Shown in pieces: positions 51,986-64,000 of a DNA stretch of 64,000 nucleotides. Location: positions 768,001-832,000 of the forward strand of contig CAVVMW010000001.1 in assembly GCA_963749495.1 (NCBI GenBank). Reading direction: 5' to 3'. The notes beneath the pieces are model-generated. The model ran no database searches. It saw only the letters and a list, made by a program, of their open reading frames with translations, and was not told the DNA's origin. The stretch's first letter is position 1. Each line of letters starts with the position of its first letter. Source of the DNA: an uncultured bacterium (lineage in GTDB: Bacteria > Verrucomicrobiota > Verrucomicrobiia > Limisphaerales > UBA8199). The translations under genes were made by a program, and so were the position numbers.

Positions 51986-54064
51986 CCTGGATTCCCACGG
52001 ATAGGCCTGACCTAACCTTGAGCAGCCTCCTCGGCCAGCCTCACCCTGTATTTGCCATGGATCTTCCAGAATGACGTTAGTCGTACTATGAATATATAGA
52101 TATTGTCCACTATGTCATAATGCCCGCCGATCGACTCCTCGCTCTGGCCAGACGCTCCGATCCCTACGGATTTGTCCCGTTTCACCAGAAAAATGCGCCA
52201 TGGCACCCCTACAGGTTGTATTTCCGCTTGACAACCCCACCATATATGACATAGTGGAGACGTGTTTAACAATAAACACAAAAAACTAACCGATCTGGCC
52301 CAGGCTTTTCTCACGCCGACCAACTCCACCCACCGCCAATATGAGGCCCTCCGCGCCTTCTTCGTCGAGGGCCTCCCTTCCCAAGACGCCGCCCGCCGCT
52401 TCGGCTATTCGCCGGGCAGTTTCCGCGTCCTGGCCTGCCAGTTCCGCCAAGAGCCAGACCGCCCCTTCTTTTTGCCTCCAGCCAAGGGACCTCACCGCGC
52501 CCCTAAATCCGACCCCTGGCGCCTCAAGATTGTCCAGGCCCGCAAACAAAACCTCTCCATTTACGACATCAGCCGGCTCCTGCAGGAGCAAGGTCATCGG
52601 CTCAGCCCGGTCTCCGTAGCCCATGTCCTCAAGGAAGAAGGCTTTGCTCGCCTGCCGCGACGGGCCGATGAAGAACGGCCCTCCCACCCCCATCCCGAAA
52701 CCGCCCCGGTCGCCGATGCCCGCCTGCTGGATTTGTCCGCGCACCAGTTCCGCACCCAATTTGGCGGCCTGTTCCTGTTCGTGCCCTACCTGAGCGCCGT
52801 GCCCTGGGAGCGTATCCTGGAGCAGAGCCAGTTCCCCGGCACCCGGCAGATCCCCGCCGCTCACGCCATGCGCTCCCTGTTGGGGCTTAAGTTGCATGGC
52901 TCGGCTCGTCACAGCCATGTGATGAGCGACGTGTTCGACGCCGGCCTGGCCTTGTTCGCCGGCCTCAATTGCGTCCCCAAACGTTCTTTCCTCACCGAAT
53001 ACAGTTGCCGGATTGATCCGCCGTCTTACCCCAAACTCATGCACCGCTGGTTTGATGGCGCCCGTCAGTTGGGCCTGCCCCGCGGCGAGTCCTTCGATCT
53101 GGACTTTCACACCATCCCTTTCCACGGCGAGGATGCCCTCCTGCAAAAGCATTACGTCTCCAAGCGCAGCCGCCGGCAGAAGGGCCTCTTGGCCTTTGTG
53201 GCCCAGGATGCCGACACGCACGTGTTCTGCTATGGCAATGCCCAGGTGCGCAAGGAGAACCAGAACGAAGAGGTGCTGCACTTTGCCCGCTACTGGAAGG
53301 AGCGGACCGGCCAGTGGCCGCAGGAGTTGATTTTTGATTCCAAACTCACGACCTATGCCAACCTGAGCTGGCTCGACGACCAGGACATCGAGTTCATTAC
53401 GCTGCGGCGCCGTTCGGCCGCCATGCTCCAGGAAGTGCGCACCTGGCCCGATTCGGCTTGGCGCCGCATCTCCCTGGAAAGCATCTCCCGCCTTTATCGG
53501 GAGCCGCGCATCGTCGACCAGCGCATCGAGTTGAAGGGCTACCAGGGGCCCATCCGCCAGATGATTATCACCGATTTGGGCCACGAGGACCCCACCTTTC
53601 TGCTGACCAATCAATTGCGGCGCTCGGCCCCCAAGCTCATTGGGCGTTACGCCCGGCGCATGATTATCGAGAACAACATCCAGGACGGCATCGACTTTTT
53701 CCACATGGATGCGCTGTCCTCGGCGGTGCCGATGAAGGTCGATTGCGATCTGCAATTAACCCTCATAGCCAGCAGTCTCTATCGGCTCTTGGGAGTTCAA
53801 ATCGGGCAAGGCTATGAACGAGCCAAATCCCGAACCCTGTTCCGGGACTTCGTGGATGCAACGGCGACGGTGGCCATTAGCGCGGAGGCGATCACCGTCC
53901 GCTTTCAGAAACGGGCCCACAATCCGTTGCTGCTCAACGCAGGCTTTAACAAGAAGCAGGTCAAGGTCCCCTGGTTGGACAATCGAACCCTCCGGTTGGT
54001 CTTCGGCTAGAGCGGGCCAACGGGAAAAAAATGTTAGGTCGCGTCCCATGCATGGGAATCCAGG
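51986..54064 (+). mobile_element. 2079-bp insertion sequence (IS1380/IS4-like) with CTAG target duplication
   Basis: CTAG|CCTGGATTCCCA ... TGGGAATCCAGG|CTAG; host frame restored on excision. Confidence 0.92.
52262..54010 (+). CDS. DDE transposase with N-terminal HTH domains
   Basis: DLDFHT, IFDSK, FITL, LLTN, YARRMIIENNI (Y-R..E motif); intact 582 aa. Confidence 0.9.
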   Translation: MFNNKHKKLTDLAQAFLTPTNSTHRQYEALRAFFVEGLPSQDAARRFGYSPGSFRVLACQFRQEPDRPFFLPPAKGPHRAPKSDPWRLKIVQARKQNLSIYDISRLLQEQGHRLSPVSVAHVLKEEGFARLPRRADEERPSHPHPETAPVADARLLDLSAHQFRTQFGGLFLFVPYLSAVPWERILEQSQFPGTRQIPAAHAMRSLLGLKLHGSARHSHVMSDVFDAGLALFAGLNCVPKRSFLTEYSCRIDPPSYPKLMHRWFDGARQLGLPRGESFDLDFHTIPFHGEDALLQKHYVSKRSRRQKGLLAFVAQDADTHVFCYGNAQVRKENQNEEVLHFARYWKERTGQWPQELIFDSKLTTYANLSWLDDQDIEFITLRRRSAAMLQEVRTWPDSAWRRISLESISRLYREPRIVDQRIELKGYQGPIRQMIITDLGHEDPTFLLTNQLRRSAPKLIGRYARRMIIENNIQDGIDFFHMDALSSAVPMKVDCDLQLTLIASSLYRLLGVQIGQGYERAKSRTLFRDFVDATATVAISAEAITVRFQKRAHNPLLLNAGFNKKQVKVPWLDNRTLRLVFG

Positions 54065-56229
54065 CTAGATTGTCCACCGATACCGCCGTCAGCGACACGT
54101 TCCCCGGCGTTAACAGCTCAACCGGGACTTGGGCGGGGCTGTTGGTGAACACGACTACCTGAATGCCATTGGCCAGCACCATCACCTTGACGAGGCTTCC
54201 GACAGTGGGCGAGGCGGTGACCGCCAAGGGGACGATGCTCGTCATCGAGAATGTGGCCCCGTTGGTTGGGCTGGTGATGCTCACGCTGGCGGGAGGATTC
54301 GAGACCGTGAGCTGGGCGACGCCATACTTGCCGGAGAGGTAGATCACCGCGTTGCTCTGGTCCGTGGCCGAGAGGGGGGAGTCGTACATCAGGATCTCGC
54401 TGATGTCGCCGGCCATTTGAGTGCCAGTATCGGCCCTTTGCCCGATGCGCAGGGTCTGCCCCTGGCTCACTGCCGCCGCGGTGATGACGCCGCTGCCGTC
54501 ATTGGCCAGACCGAGGTAATGCGAAAGGTTCGTACCGTTGAACCCCAGGCCAAAAGTGTCAAACCGGCCGGCAAGCGCAGGCGTGGTGGCAGCTACAGTG
54601 CTGTAGACGTTGCCGTCGCCAATATAACCATTGGCGACGCCAGTATTCGGAGCAAACCACCAGTCAAAGGGAGCGGCCAGGCCGCCGCCGGTGCTTTTGC
54701 ACACCAGCGTCCGGTAGGTGGCGAAATCAGCGAATTCGGCCTCGACCAAGATGGTGAAATTGGTCGCCGTGAAAGCCGTGCCGGTGTCGGAGATTTCGAG
54801 GTACGGCGTGTTGGTCCCAAAGGCCAAGGCCGGCTGGCTGTTGGCGGCGTTCGCGGTCCAAAGAGGGGCGATCGTGGGATCAGACTGCATGGCGTTGTTG
54901 CCGTTGCCGGACTGGTCCACCCAGTTGGTGACGAAGCCGGTGCTACTGGCCATCACGCCTGCATCGGCTTTCAGCCAAACCCGCAACCCATTGGTGCTCG
55001 GTTCGAGCACCGGCGCGGCGCCCGTCACGGTGATGGACACTGGCGCGGAGGTAGCCAAGGAATTGAAGTTATCGGCTGCCACGGCTGTCAGCACTGCCGT
55101 GCCAGGGTTCAGCATCAACAAATCGGCATTGTAAGGGGGCTGAGTCCAATTCGCCACCACCGAGCCCGCATCACTCAACAGCGTCACCTGCGTCAAGACG
55201 CCATTCGTGTTTGAATCCGAGGCCTGGACGCTCACCGAAACACGGCCGTTGACGGCCGCGGTCAAGCCGTTGGTTGGCGTTTGGATGCTGATGGTGGGAG
55301 GCACGATGAAGTTGAGGTTCCACTTGGTTTTCAGGTAGTTGAGCACGGAGCCACGGTCCGCATCGGAAAGGGCCGGCTGATAAATCAGGACCTCCGCCAC
55401 GTTGCCTTTGAGTTGCGTGACCAGGTCATCGCGCGAACCAATGCGCAGCGGCTTGCCGCCGTCGGCAGGGTTCCCCGGAGTGTAGGTGCCCGTGCCGTTG
55501 CTGCGGTCGTTTAAATACTGATTCACCGCCCCGTTGCCCCAACTGAAAGTCATCACGTTAAAGACGCCGATTCGCGGCGCCAGAGTGCCGACATTATCCT
55601 GGTATGTGCTCGCAGTCGGGGCAGCGCCCAGCCAGAAGTTAGCGGCGCCTCCGGCCGAGCCGCTGTTGTTCCACCAGTCGAAAGGCGCCGGGCCATTGCC
55701 CACCGTCTTGGTCACACAGCAGCGATAGCCGCCGGTCACATCGTCATACAAAACCGCCGCCAAGATCGTCACGTCCTCGGTGAGGACGGAGATGGTGGAG
55801 GAGTCCGCCACGTCCAGGTACCTGGCCTTGTCGCCCGGAAACCGCAGCGTCGGCTTGCCGTTGAGCGAGTTCATTACGACACTAGGGGCAATTGTCGAAT
55901 CCGTCTGGCTCGCGTCGTTGCTCAAGCCGGATTGGTCGGCCCACTTGGTGACCAGGCCGCTGCTGTTAGTGGTCACGCCGGCATCGGCCTTGAGCCAGAG
56001 CTGCAGGCCACTGGTGACGGGCAGCGTTTGGGCGGGCGCGCTGGCTGCCGCCAGGCCCAGGATTGCGCCGACACCGCCGCTGATGATGATTCTCAGGTAC
56101 GTTGATTTCATACGCAGATTCCGTGATTGGGATTTGGGTGCTTGTCTGGTTCAACTGAGTAGATTAACATCCTTATTGGAAGCCCTGGAATAGACAGACT
56201 GGCGAGAAACATGCAAATTTTGGCCGCCC

Positions 56230-57234
56230 ATGAAGGACTACTTCGTCTATCTCCCTGACCAACCGCTGCCTTCCATCTGGGGCTGCGTGGCCACATCGGT
56301 CGGCTTTACCCGCATCCTGCCCGGCACACCGTATCCGCCCCACCGCCATCCGGTGGATCATCACTTCAACTGGGCGCAGGGACGCGTGCTCCAACGCTAT
56401 CAGATTATCCTCATTTCGGAGGGCAAAGGCACCTTCGAGAGCGACTCGGTGGCGGGCAGCCAAACGGTCGAACCTGGAACCATACTGCTGCTCTTTCCGG
56501 GGATCTGGCACCGTTACATGCCCGCCGCGGAGACCGGCTGGGTTGAGCACTGGATCGAGTGCCGGGGCGCGGTGTTCGACGAGGCCGCCGCCGCGGGCCT
56601 GATCCAACCGCGACAGAGCCTGCTGCGGATCGGCGCGGCCCACTATCTGAGAAGTTGTTTCGAGTGCTGCCACACCCTGGCGCGGCAAGGGGCGTTGGCC
56701 AACCAGGACCTGCTTTCCACCCTCGGCATACATATTTTGGCCGTGCTGGGCCAGTTGCGCGGCGGCGAACCAGGCCCGGAAAAGGCGATCGACGAAGTTG
56801 TCGAGCAAGCCCAATCGTTGATCGCCCTGCGCTGTCAGCAACCGCTGGACCTGCCTGCCCTGGCGGCCGAATTGGGCGTCAGCTATTCCCACCTTCGCCA
56901 CAGCTTCAGGACCCGCATTGGGGTGGGCCTCAAGCAATACTACCTCAACATCCGCCTCCAAAAGGCCCAGGACCTCCTGGCCAACACCGCCAAATCCATC
57001 AAGGAAGTCGCCGATATCCTTGGCTTCGAGTCCCCGTTCCACCTCTCCAACCAATTCAAGTGCCGGTTCGGCGTGTCTCCCAGGGCCTGGCGTTGCGCCC
57101 TGGGCAACCAGCAGTTCCATCCTCCAGCCAATGGCCGCAGCCAGGCCGCCGCAGAGCTCTCCGCTCGATGTCCGGTCCTGGACCTGGCCGACTCGCTATC
57201 AAATGGCGGGCCTTCGGCCGTGGTCTCTCCGTAA
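56230..57234 (+). CDS. AraC-family transcriptional regulator
   Basis: Cupin FPGIWHRY..GWVEHW; SIKEVADILGFESPFHLSNQFK..GVSP. Confidence 0.93.
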   Translation: MKDYFVYLPDQPLPSIWGCVATSVGFTRILPGTPYPPHRHPVDHHFNWAQGRVLQRYQIILISEGKGTFESDSVAGSQTVEPGTILLLFPGIWHRYMPAAETGWVEHWIECRGAVFDEAAAAGLIQPRQSLLRIGAAHYLRSCFECCHTLARQGALANQDLLSTLGIHILAVLGQLRGGEPGPEKAIDEVVEQAQSLIALRCQQPLDLPALAAELGVSYSHLRHSFRTRIGVGLKQYYLNIRLQKAQDLLANTAKSIKEVADILGFESPFHLSNQFKCRFGVSPRAWRCALGNQQFHPPANGRSQAAAELSARCPVLDLADSLSNGGPSAVVSP

Positions 57235-57250
57235 TTCCCGCGCTGAAAGG

Positions 57251-58985
57251 CTACGCCATCCCGACGTCCCGGCGCAGTTTGTTGGCGGCCTCGGGGTTGG
57301 CCCATTGGACCAGGGCCAGGAAGTTGAGCAGGGTGGGGTTGTCGGGTCTTGCGTGGAACATGCTCTTGAGGCTGTTGACGACCTTGTGATAGACGGCGGC
57401 GTACTTCTCGTGAGTGAGCCGGCTGACGTAGGTCTCGATCACAGGCAGGGCAATGGCATCGGTCTTTCCATCGGCCAGGTAGGGGATCTGGCAGAAGACC
57501 CGGATGAGTGCGATGGAATCGGCCTCGATGAGGGCGAGCCAGCTCCGGCGGATTTCATCGGCATCGTACTTGGCATTGAGCCGTTGGCGGATGGCGGCGG
57601 CAATGGACGAGGCGTCCGCGCGTTTGGCGAGCATCTCCTTGATCTGGCCCAGGCGCGCTGGCGTTCGTTCTCGATGGGGTCGCCTTTTTGCTTGTCGGCC
57701 GCAAGGACCTTGAGGCCGAGTTGAGCGGCGACGGCCTTGCCGAGGGCCTCGGCGTCTTCCTTGCGCAGCCGGTCGCAGGCCATGATGAACTTGATGACCA
57801 GGCCCTGAATGTCCGGCTTGAGCAGGCCCAACAACCCGGCCAGCTCTTCGGCCGGCGGGGCCTTTTGGGCCGTGAGCAGGTGCCGCACGAATTCGGCGAC
57901 GGCCTGCTCCAGTTCGATATCCACCGTTTTGGCCGAGCGCAGCCGCAGGATGAATTTCAAGGTCCTGGCCGTGCCGCCGCCCTTGCCCACGTTGTTGACG
58001 ATCATCAGCCGGTGGTCCGGGTTGACGACAAAGTCCAGCAGCGCCTCGACCGATTCGAGCTGCTTCTGGTCGAGGGGCTCCTGGGCCCGGCCAGGGCCAG
58101 TTGCTCGACCAGGCTGGGCAGCCGTTGCGCGAACAGGACATCCGGCGCTTCGGTGTCCGAGTGCTCGTAGAAGTGCAGCAACTCGATGAGGAAGGACATG
58201 CGCTGGAAGGCATGGCGCTGGGCGCGGGCGGCCTCGCCGCAGGCTTTGCTGCGCTGCACGCGCCGGTGCAAGGCCAGCAGGTCCTGCCGTTTGCCGGGCA
58301 GCGCCCCGGGATTCTGCTCCAGCAGCGCCTCGAAATCTTCCTTGAAGCCCAGGACAATCTCGTCCCGTTTCGGGCGCGGATTGAGCTTGGGGTCGGTGGT
58401 CAGGTCATTGAAGAAGACCAGGGCCTGTTCGCCGAACTCGCGCAGGATGCGCTCGCGTGGGACGTAGCCCTTGATGAAGCACCGATTGGCCCGCACGACC
58501 TGCGGGGCGAAGAGAAGGTCGGGCTGCGCCAGGACCGACTGGAGCGTGGCGGCCTCCAGGGGCGAGTCCAGGCGGATCAACTCTTCCACGGCGGGTCTCA
58601 AGGCGGCGGCCAGGTCGCGCTTGTTTTGGTCCAGGGTCTTGAGCAACTCCGGTTGCGACATGGCGGCCTGGGCGGCGTTGTGGACCAGGGCGCCCAGGAA
58701 TTGGCTGGTGCTGGTGTTGTGCTCGACCAGCTTGGAGATAATCACGCCAACGTCGTTCAACGGCAGCTTGCTCACCAGGTTGGTCACGATGAGCACCAGC
58801 TCGGTGTGGGACTTTTGGCGAAAATCGATGATCCGTTCCAGCATCTGGCGCAGCGCCTTGTTCTCCTGCGCCACGGCGCCCAGGTCCGCCTGCAGTTGCG
58901 CGACTTGCAGCGTCAACTCGCGCAAACTGGCTGGCCCCTCGTCACACACGGCGGCGAGCCCCGGCCCTGTTGCTTTGTCGGTCAT
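57251..58985 (-). CDS. Alpha-helical hypothetical protein (frameshifts near 58085 and 57660)
   Basis: Three overlapping high-GC3 segments (58005-58985, 57439-58005, tail of 57251-58357) read as one protein; N-terminal coiled coil. Confidence 0.7.
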
Positions 58986-59281
58986 GTCTCGGTCCGTTTT
59001 CCAAGGCGAGCGCCCCGCTCCGTCCCGGCTCGGCTCGGGTTGCGGAAGGTGGCGCGCCAGAGGAAAATCGCGAATCTCTTATGCAAAGAACTCTACCCGC
59101 GCGCCCTGCAACGTCAAGGCGGGAATGACCCCCGGAATCCAAGGGACAAAAGGGACATAAGCGATCCAAGGGACAAAAGCGACGCGAGGATGGGCAGCCG
59201 CACTCCGCACTCCGCATTCTGCATTCCGCACTCGGGACACTCCGCACTTCCTTTCCCCCCGCCCCGGTATAAGCTGGGGCC

Positions 59282-59926
59282 ATGATCGTGCTCATGAACA
59301 CCGGCGGTGTCGCGGAGACAAACTCCTTTCTCATCGCCGACAAGACAGCCGGGCAAGCGGTGCTTTTCGACGCGCCCGACCACACGATCGAGCCCCTGCT
59401 GGCCCAGGCGGCCGAGCGGGGCTGGGAGATAAAGGGGTTGTGGCTCACACACGGTCATTTCGATCATTTCGCCGATCACGGCCTGGTGCGCCAGCGCCAC
59501 CCTCAAGCGAAGGTCCTCATCCACGCGCTGGACGCCCCGAAAGTCGAGCACCCGGAAATGCAGACGCGGCTCTTTGGGCTGCCCTTTGCCATCCCGCCTT
59601 GCCGGCCCAACCTCCGCCTAACCGACGGCCAACGGCTGGAGATCGGTTCGCTCGAGGTGATCGTCCTCCATACCCCCGGCCACTCGCCGGGGCATGTGGT
59701 GTATCACTTCCCCAAGGAAGACCTGCTGGTAGGCGGCGACCTCATCATCGGCGGCTCGATCGGCAGGACTGACCTCGCGGATTCGGACCCCGCCCAGATG
59801 GCGGCCTCGCTCAGGAAGGTGATGGCGCTGCCCGACAAGACCCGGCTCCTGGGTGGTCATGGGCCGCCGACCACTCTGGGCCAGGAACGCCGCGACAACC
59901 ACGTCCTGCGCCAGATGCTCCATTGA
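59282..59926 (+). CDS. MBL-fold metallo-hydrolase (glyoxalase II-like)
   Basis: THGHFDH, TPGHSPG, GD..GSIGRTD, GHG. Confidence 0.93.
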   Translation: MIVLMNTGGVAETNSFLIADKTAGQAVLFDAPDHTIEPLLAQAAERGWEIKGLWLTHGHFDHFADHGLVRQRHPQAKVLIHALDAPKVEHPEMQTRLFGLPFAIPPCRPNLRLTDGQRLEIGSLEVIVLHTPGHSPGHVVYHFPKEDLLVGGDLIIGGSIGRTDLADSDPAQMAASLRKVMALPDKTRLLGGHGPPTTLGQERRDNHVLRQMLH

Positions 59927-59958
59927 GCGCTCTCCATGAACCGCCCCCAAGGCCGCAA

Positions 59959-60046
59959 GGTTTTGGACTGCGCCAGTCCTCTGGCGCTTTCTCGTCGCCA
60001 GGGTCAAAAAAGCGGCAGAGGACTGCCGCAGTCCAAAACGCTTCGC
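59959..60046. repeat. REP-like palindrome (also 63855-63941)
   Basis: GTTTTGGACTGCGCCAGTCCTCTGGCGCTTT ... GCGGCAGAGGACTGCCGCAGTCCAAAAC. Confidence 0.85.
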
Positions 60047-60078
60047 GGCGGGCGGCGCCGGTCCGCCGCATGGCCCGC

Positions 60079-61193
60079 ATGAACATCCTGATCATCCCCG
60101 ACAAATTCAAGGGCACGCTGGGCGCCGGGGCGGCGGCCGAAGCGATCGCCCGAGGCTGGCGAAGGGCGCGCCCCGCGGATAGCCTGACGCTGCTGCCGAT
60201 GAGCGACGGCGGCGACGGCTTTGGCGAGGTCATGAGCCTGTTGCTGGGGGCCGAACCCCGGACGCTCCAGACGGTCAATGCCGCGCATCGGCCCTGCACA
60301 GCCCCATGGTGGTGGGAAGCCAGGAGCCGCACCGCCATCATCGAATCAGCCCGGATCATCGGCCTGGCGATGCTGCCGCCGGGCCGCTTTCATCCGTTCG
60401 ACCTCGACACGGCGGGCCTGGGCGCCATCATTCCTGCCTTGGCCGCCGCAGGAGCCAGGCGTTGCCTGGTGGGCATCGGCGGCAGCGCCACCAACGACGG
60501 CGGCTTCGGCCTGGCCCGGGCCTTGGGCTGGAGATTCCTGGACAGCCGGGGCGAGCCGATCGAGCAATGGGCCGGCCTGGACAGGCTGGCTGGGGTGAAG
60601 GCGCCGCGCCGCCGCCGCTGGTTCAAGCAACTGCGGGTGGCGGTGGATGTCCAGAACCGCCTGCTGGGCTCGAGGAGCGACCCGGGTCTTTGGACCGCAG
60701 AAGGGCCTCCGCAAAGGGGAGCTTGCCCACGCCGAACGTTGTCTGCGCCGCCTGGCTCGAGTTCGCCTGTCGGGAGTTGGCGCGCGACTTTGCCGGGGAG
60801 CCTGGCGCCGGCGCCGCCGGCGGCCTCGGATTCGGTCTGCTGGCCTTCCTGGGGGCACAGCTCGAACCGGGCTTTCAGTTGTTTGCCCGCCAAGCGGCGC
60901 TTGGCCGCCAGTTGCGCCAGGCTAACCTCGTCATCACCGGCGAAGGCTGCATCAACTCCTCGACGCTCATGGGCAAAGGCACCGGCCAAATCGCCCGCCA
61001 ATGCCGCAACCTCCACATCCCCTGCGCCGGTCTGGCCGGCGTTGTCCGCGACCCCGCTCAAGCCCGGCGCGCCTTCACACAAGCCCAAGCGTTGACCGAA
61101 CTTGTCCCGCTCGAACAAGCCATGGCCAACCCGGCGGCGTGCCTCGAACGGCTGGCGCGACAGGTCGCCGAAAGGCTAAAGGCTGAAGGCTAA
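60079..61193 (+). CDS. Glycerate kinase (GlxK/GarK family), frameshifts near 60670 and 60760
   Basis: PDKFKG, MSDGGDG, GIGGSATNDGG, FGPQKG, GAGAAGG, ITGEG. Confidence 0.9.
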
Positions 61194-61264
61194 AGGCTAA
61201 AGTGTGCAATTTGAGCCAGACAAACGTTTTAGCTTTTTGTGAACCCCATAGTATGTTGCTGCGT

Positions 61265-62095
61265 ATGAACCTCGAAGATCACGTGGGCGACATCATTCGC
61301 AAAGCGCGGGCCATGTCGAGAGTCTCGGTCGAGGCGGCGGCCAGCGCGGCGGGCCTGAGCGCAGCGGAGCTGGGGGCGCTGGAGGAAACCGGCCAGGTCC
61401 AGCCTGCCCGAAGGCCGGATTTCAAGGCCTTGGCGGCAATGCTCGGGCTGAATGCGGCGAAGCTGGAATCCGTCGCCAATGGCTGGACGCCGTCCCCAAC
61501 GGACCTGGCCCGGTGGCGCGAGTTGCGCTGCATCGCCACCGCCGCGGGCGGCATGGCGGTCAACTGTTACCTGGCCTGGGACGAAGTCTCGCGCGAGGCC
61601 GCCTTATTCGACACCGGTTGGGAAGCAGAGCCGGTTTTCGAGTTGATCGGCCAAAACCAACTCCAGCTTCGCCATATCTTTGTCACTCATTCGCACGAGG
61701 ACCACATCGCCGCGCTCGGCACCCTGCGCGAACGGTTCCCCAAGGCGCGGCTGCACTTCAATTCGCCGCACGTCCCGGTGGACCAGCGCAACCGCCCCAA
61801 CGATTTCATCCACCTTGGCAGCCTCCGCATCACTCACCGCGATACCCCTGGCCACGCCGAAGACGGCGCCACCTATATCGTCGGCACCTGGCCCGATGAC
61901 GCCCCGCACGTGGCCATTGTGGGCGACGCCCTCTTTGCCGGCTCGATCGGCAGGGGCAACCAGTCCTGGGAACTCGCCCGCCGCAAGGTCCTCGAGCAGA
62001 TCCTCTCGCTGCCCCCGGAAACCCTCCTCTGCCCCGGGCACGGCCCCTTGACCACCGTGGCGCAGGAAAAGGCGAACAACCCCTTTTTCGCCTGA
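61265..62095 (+). CDS. MBL-fold hydrolase with N-terminal XRE-like HTH
   Basis: GDIIRKAR...A..AGLS...LE; THSHEDH, TPGH, GDALFAGSIG, PGHGP, NPFF. Confidence 0.9.
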   Translation: MNLEDHVGDIIRKARAMSRVSVEAAASAAGLSAAELGALEETGQVQPARRPDFKALAAMLGLNAAKLESVANGWTPSPTDLARWRELRCIATAAGGMAVNCYLAWDEVSREAALFDTGWEAEPVFELIGQNQLQLRHIFVTHSHEDHIAALGTLRERFPKARLHFNSPHVPVDQRNRPNDFIHLGSLRITHRDTPGHAEDGATYIVGTWPDDAPHVAIVGDALFAGSIGRGNQSWELARRKVLEQILSLPPETLLCPGHGPLTTVAQEKANNPFFA

Positions 62096-62235
62096 TGGGG
62101 CCGCTCCCCCAGCGCGGCGCCGAGGAAGATGCAAGGGACAAAAGCGACGAAGGCGACAAAAGCGACGAAAGGGACAAAAGGGACGCGAGGACGGGCAGCC
62201 GCACTGCGCATTCGTCATTCGTCATTCGTCATTCG

Positions 62236-63741
<1,506 letters not shown>

Positions 63742-64000
63742 AAGGCTCTGGTGGATTGTTGACATAGCCGCCGCCGGGCTGCAAGGGCGCATCTTAGCCT
63801 TGTCGCCCTTCGTCAAGCCGGACAATTGGAGCGGGGCGTCGCGAAGCCCGCCAGGTTTTGGACTGCGCCAGTCCTCTGGCGCTTTCGCGTCCGCAAGGTC
63901 CGAACAGCGGCAGAGGACTGCCGCAGTCCAAAACGCTTCGCGACTTCGGACGCCCACCCCAACCGCCCGGTTCGCCCGGCTCGACAAAGGTGAGAAGCGC

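Larger units (their letters stand above)
50023..56111 (-). pseudogene. Large secreted LamG-like/Ig-like repeat protein (about 1335 aa) disrupted by an IS
   Basis: Signal peptide; four LWLxADxGV...W.D.SG domains alternating with PTNG..Ig-like domains; removing the IS restores VDNLGLQSTSAP; extra base near 50337. Confidence 0.88.

Overview
GC-rich bacterial sequence, most likely Verrucomicrobiota (Pedosphaera/Limisphaera-like). This is inferred from H-X9-DG pseudopilin remnants, a Ser/Thr kinase-ECF pair, a C-terminal RFYRLR surface-protein tail and dense REP-like palindromes. About 35 kb of accessory DNA lies between two convergent tRNA genes, Gly-CCC (2066-2139) and Pro-GGG (37694-37770). It holds an IS66-like element, carbohydrate enzymes (including a ceramidase-like/GH51 fusion, GH29 and GH16), two toxin-antitoxin pairs and a kinase-ECF module. 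It also holds MITEs, an IS91-family remnant with four dispersed oriIS-like ends, and two ORF-less group II intron copies. One intron copy sits exactly at an oriIS-like end. To the right are two divergent rho paralogs around cysK, a WYL regulator, and a candidate restriction-modification system. That system is a fused double m4C methyltransferase with an RHH-like N-terminus and a perfect operator palindrome, plus a convergent Zn/HNH nuclease. Further right are an IS-disrupted LamG/Ig surface protein and housekeeping genes (MBL hydrolases, glycerate kinase, glpK). About a dozen 1-bp frameshifts suggest unpolished long-read error, so most split ORFs should not be taken as true pseudogenes. All family assignments are from motif recognition only; no searches were run.
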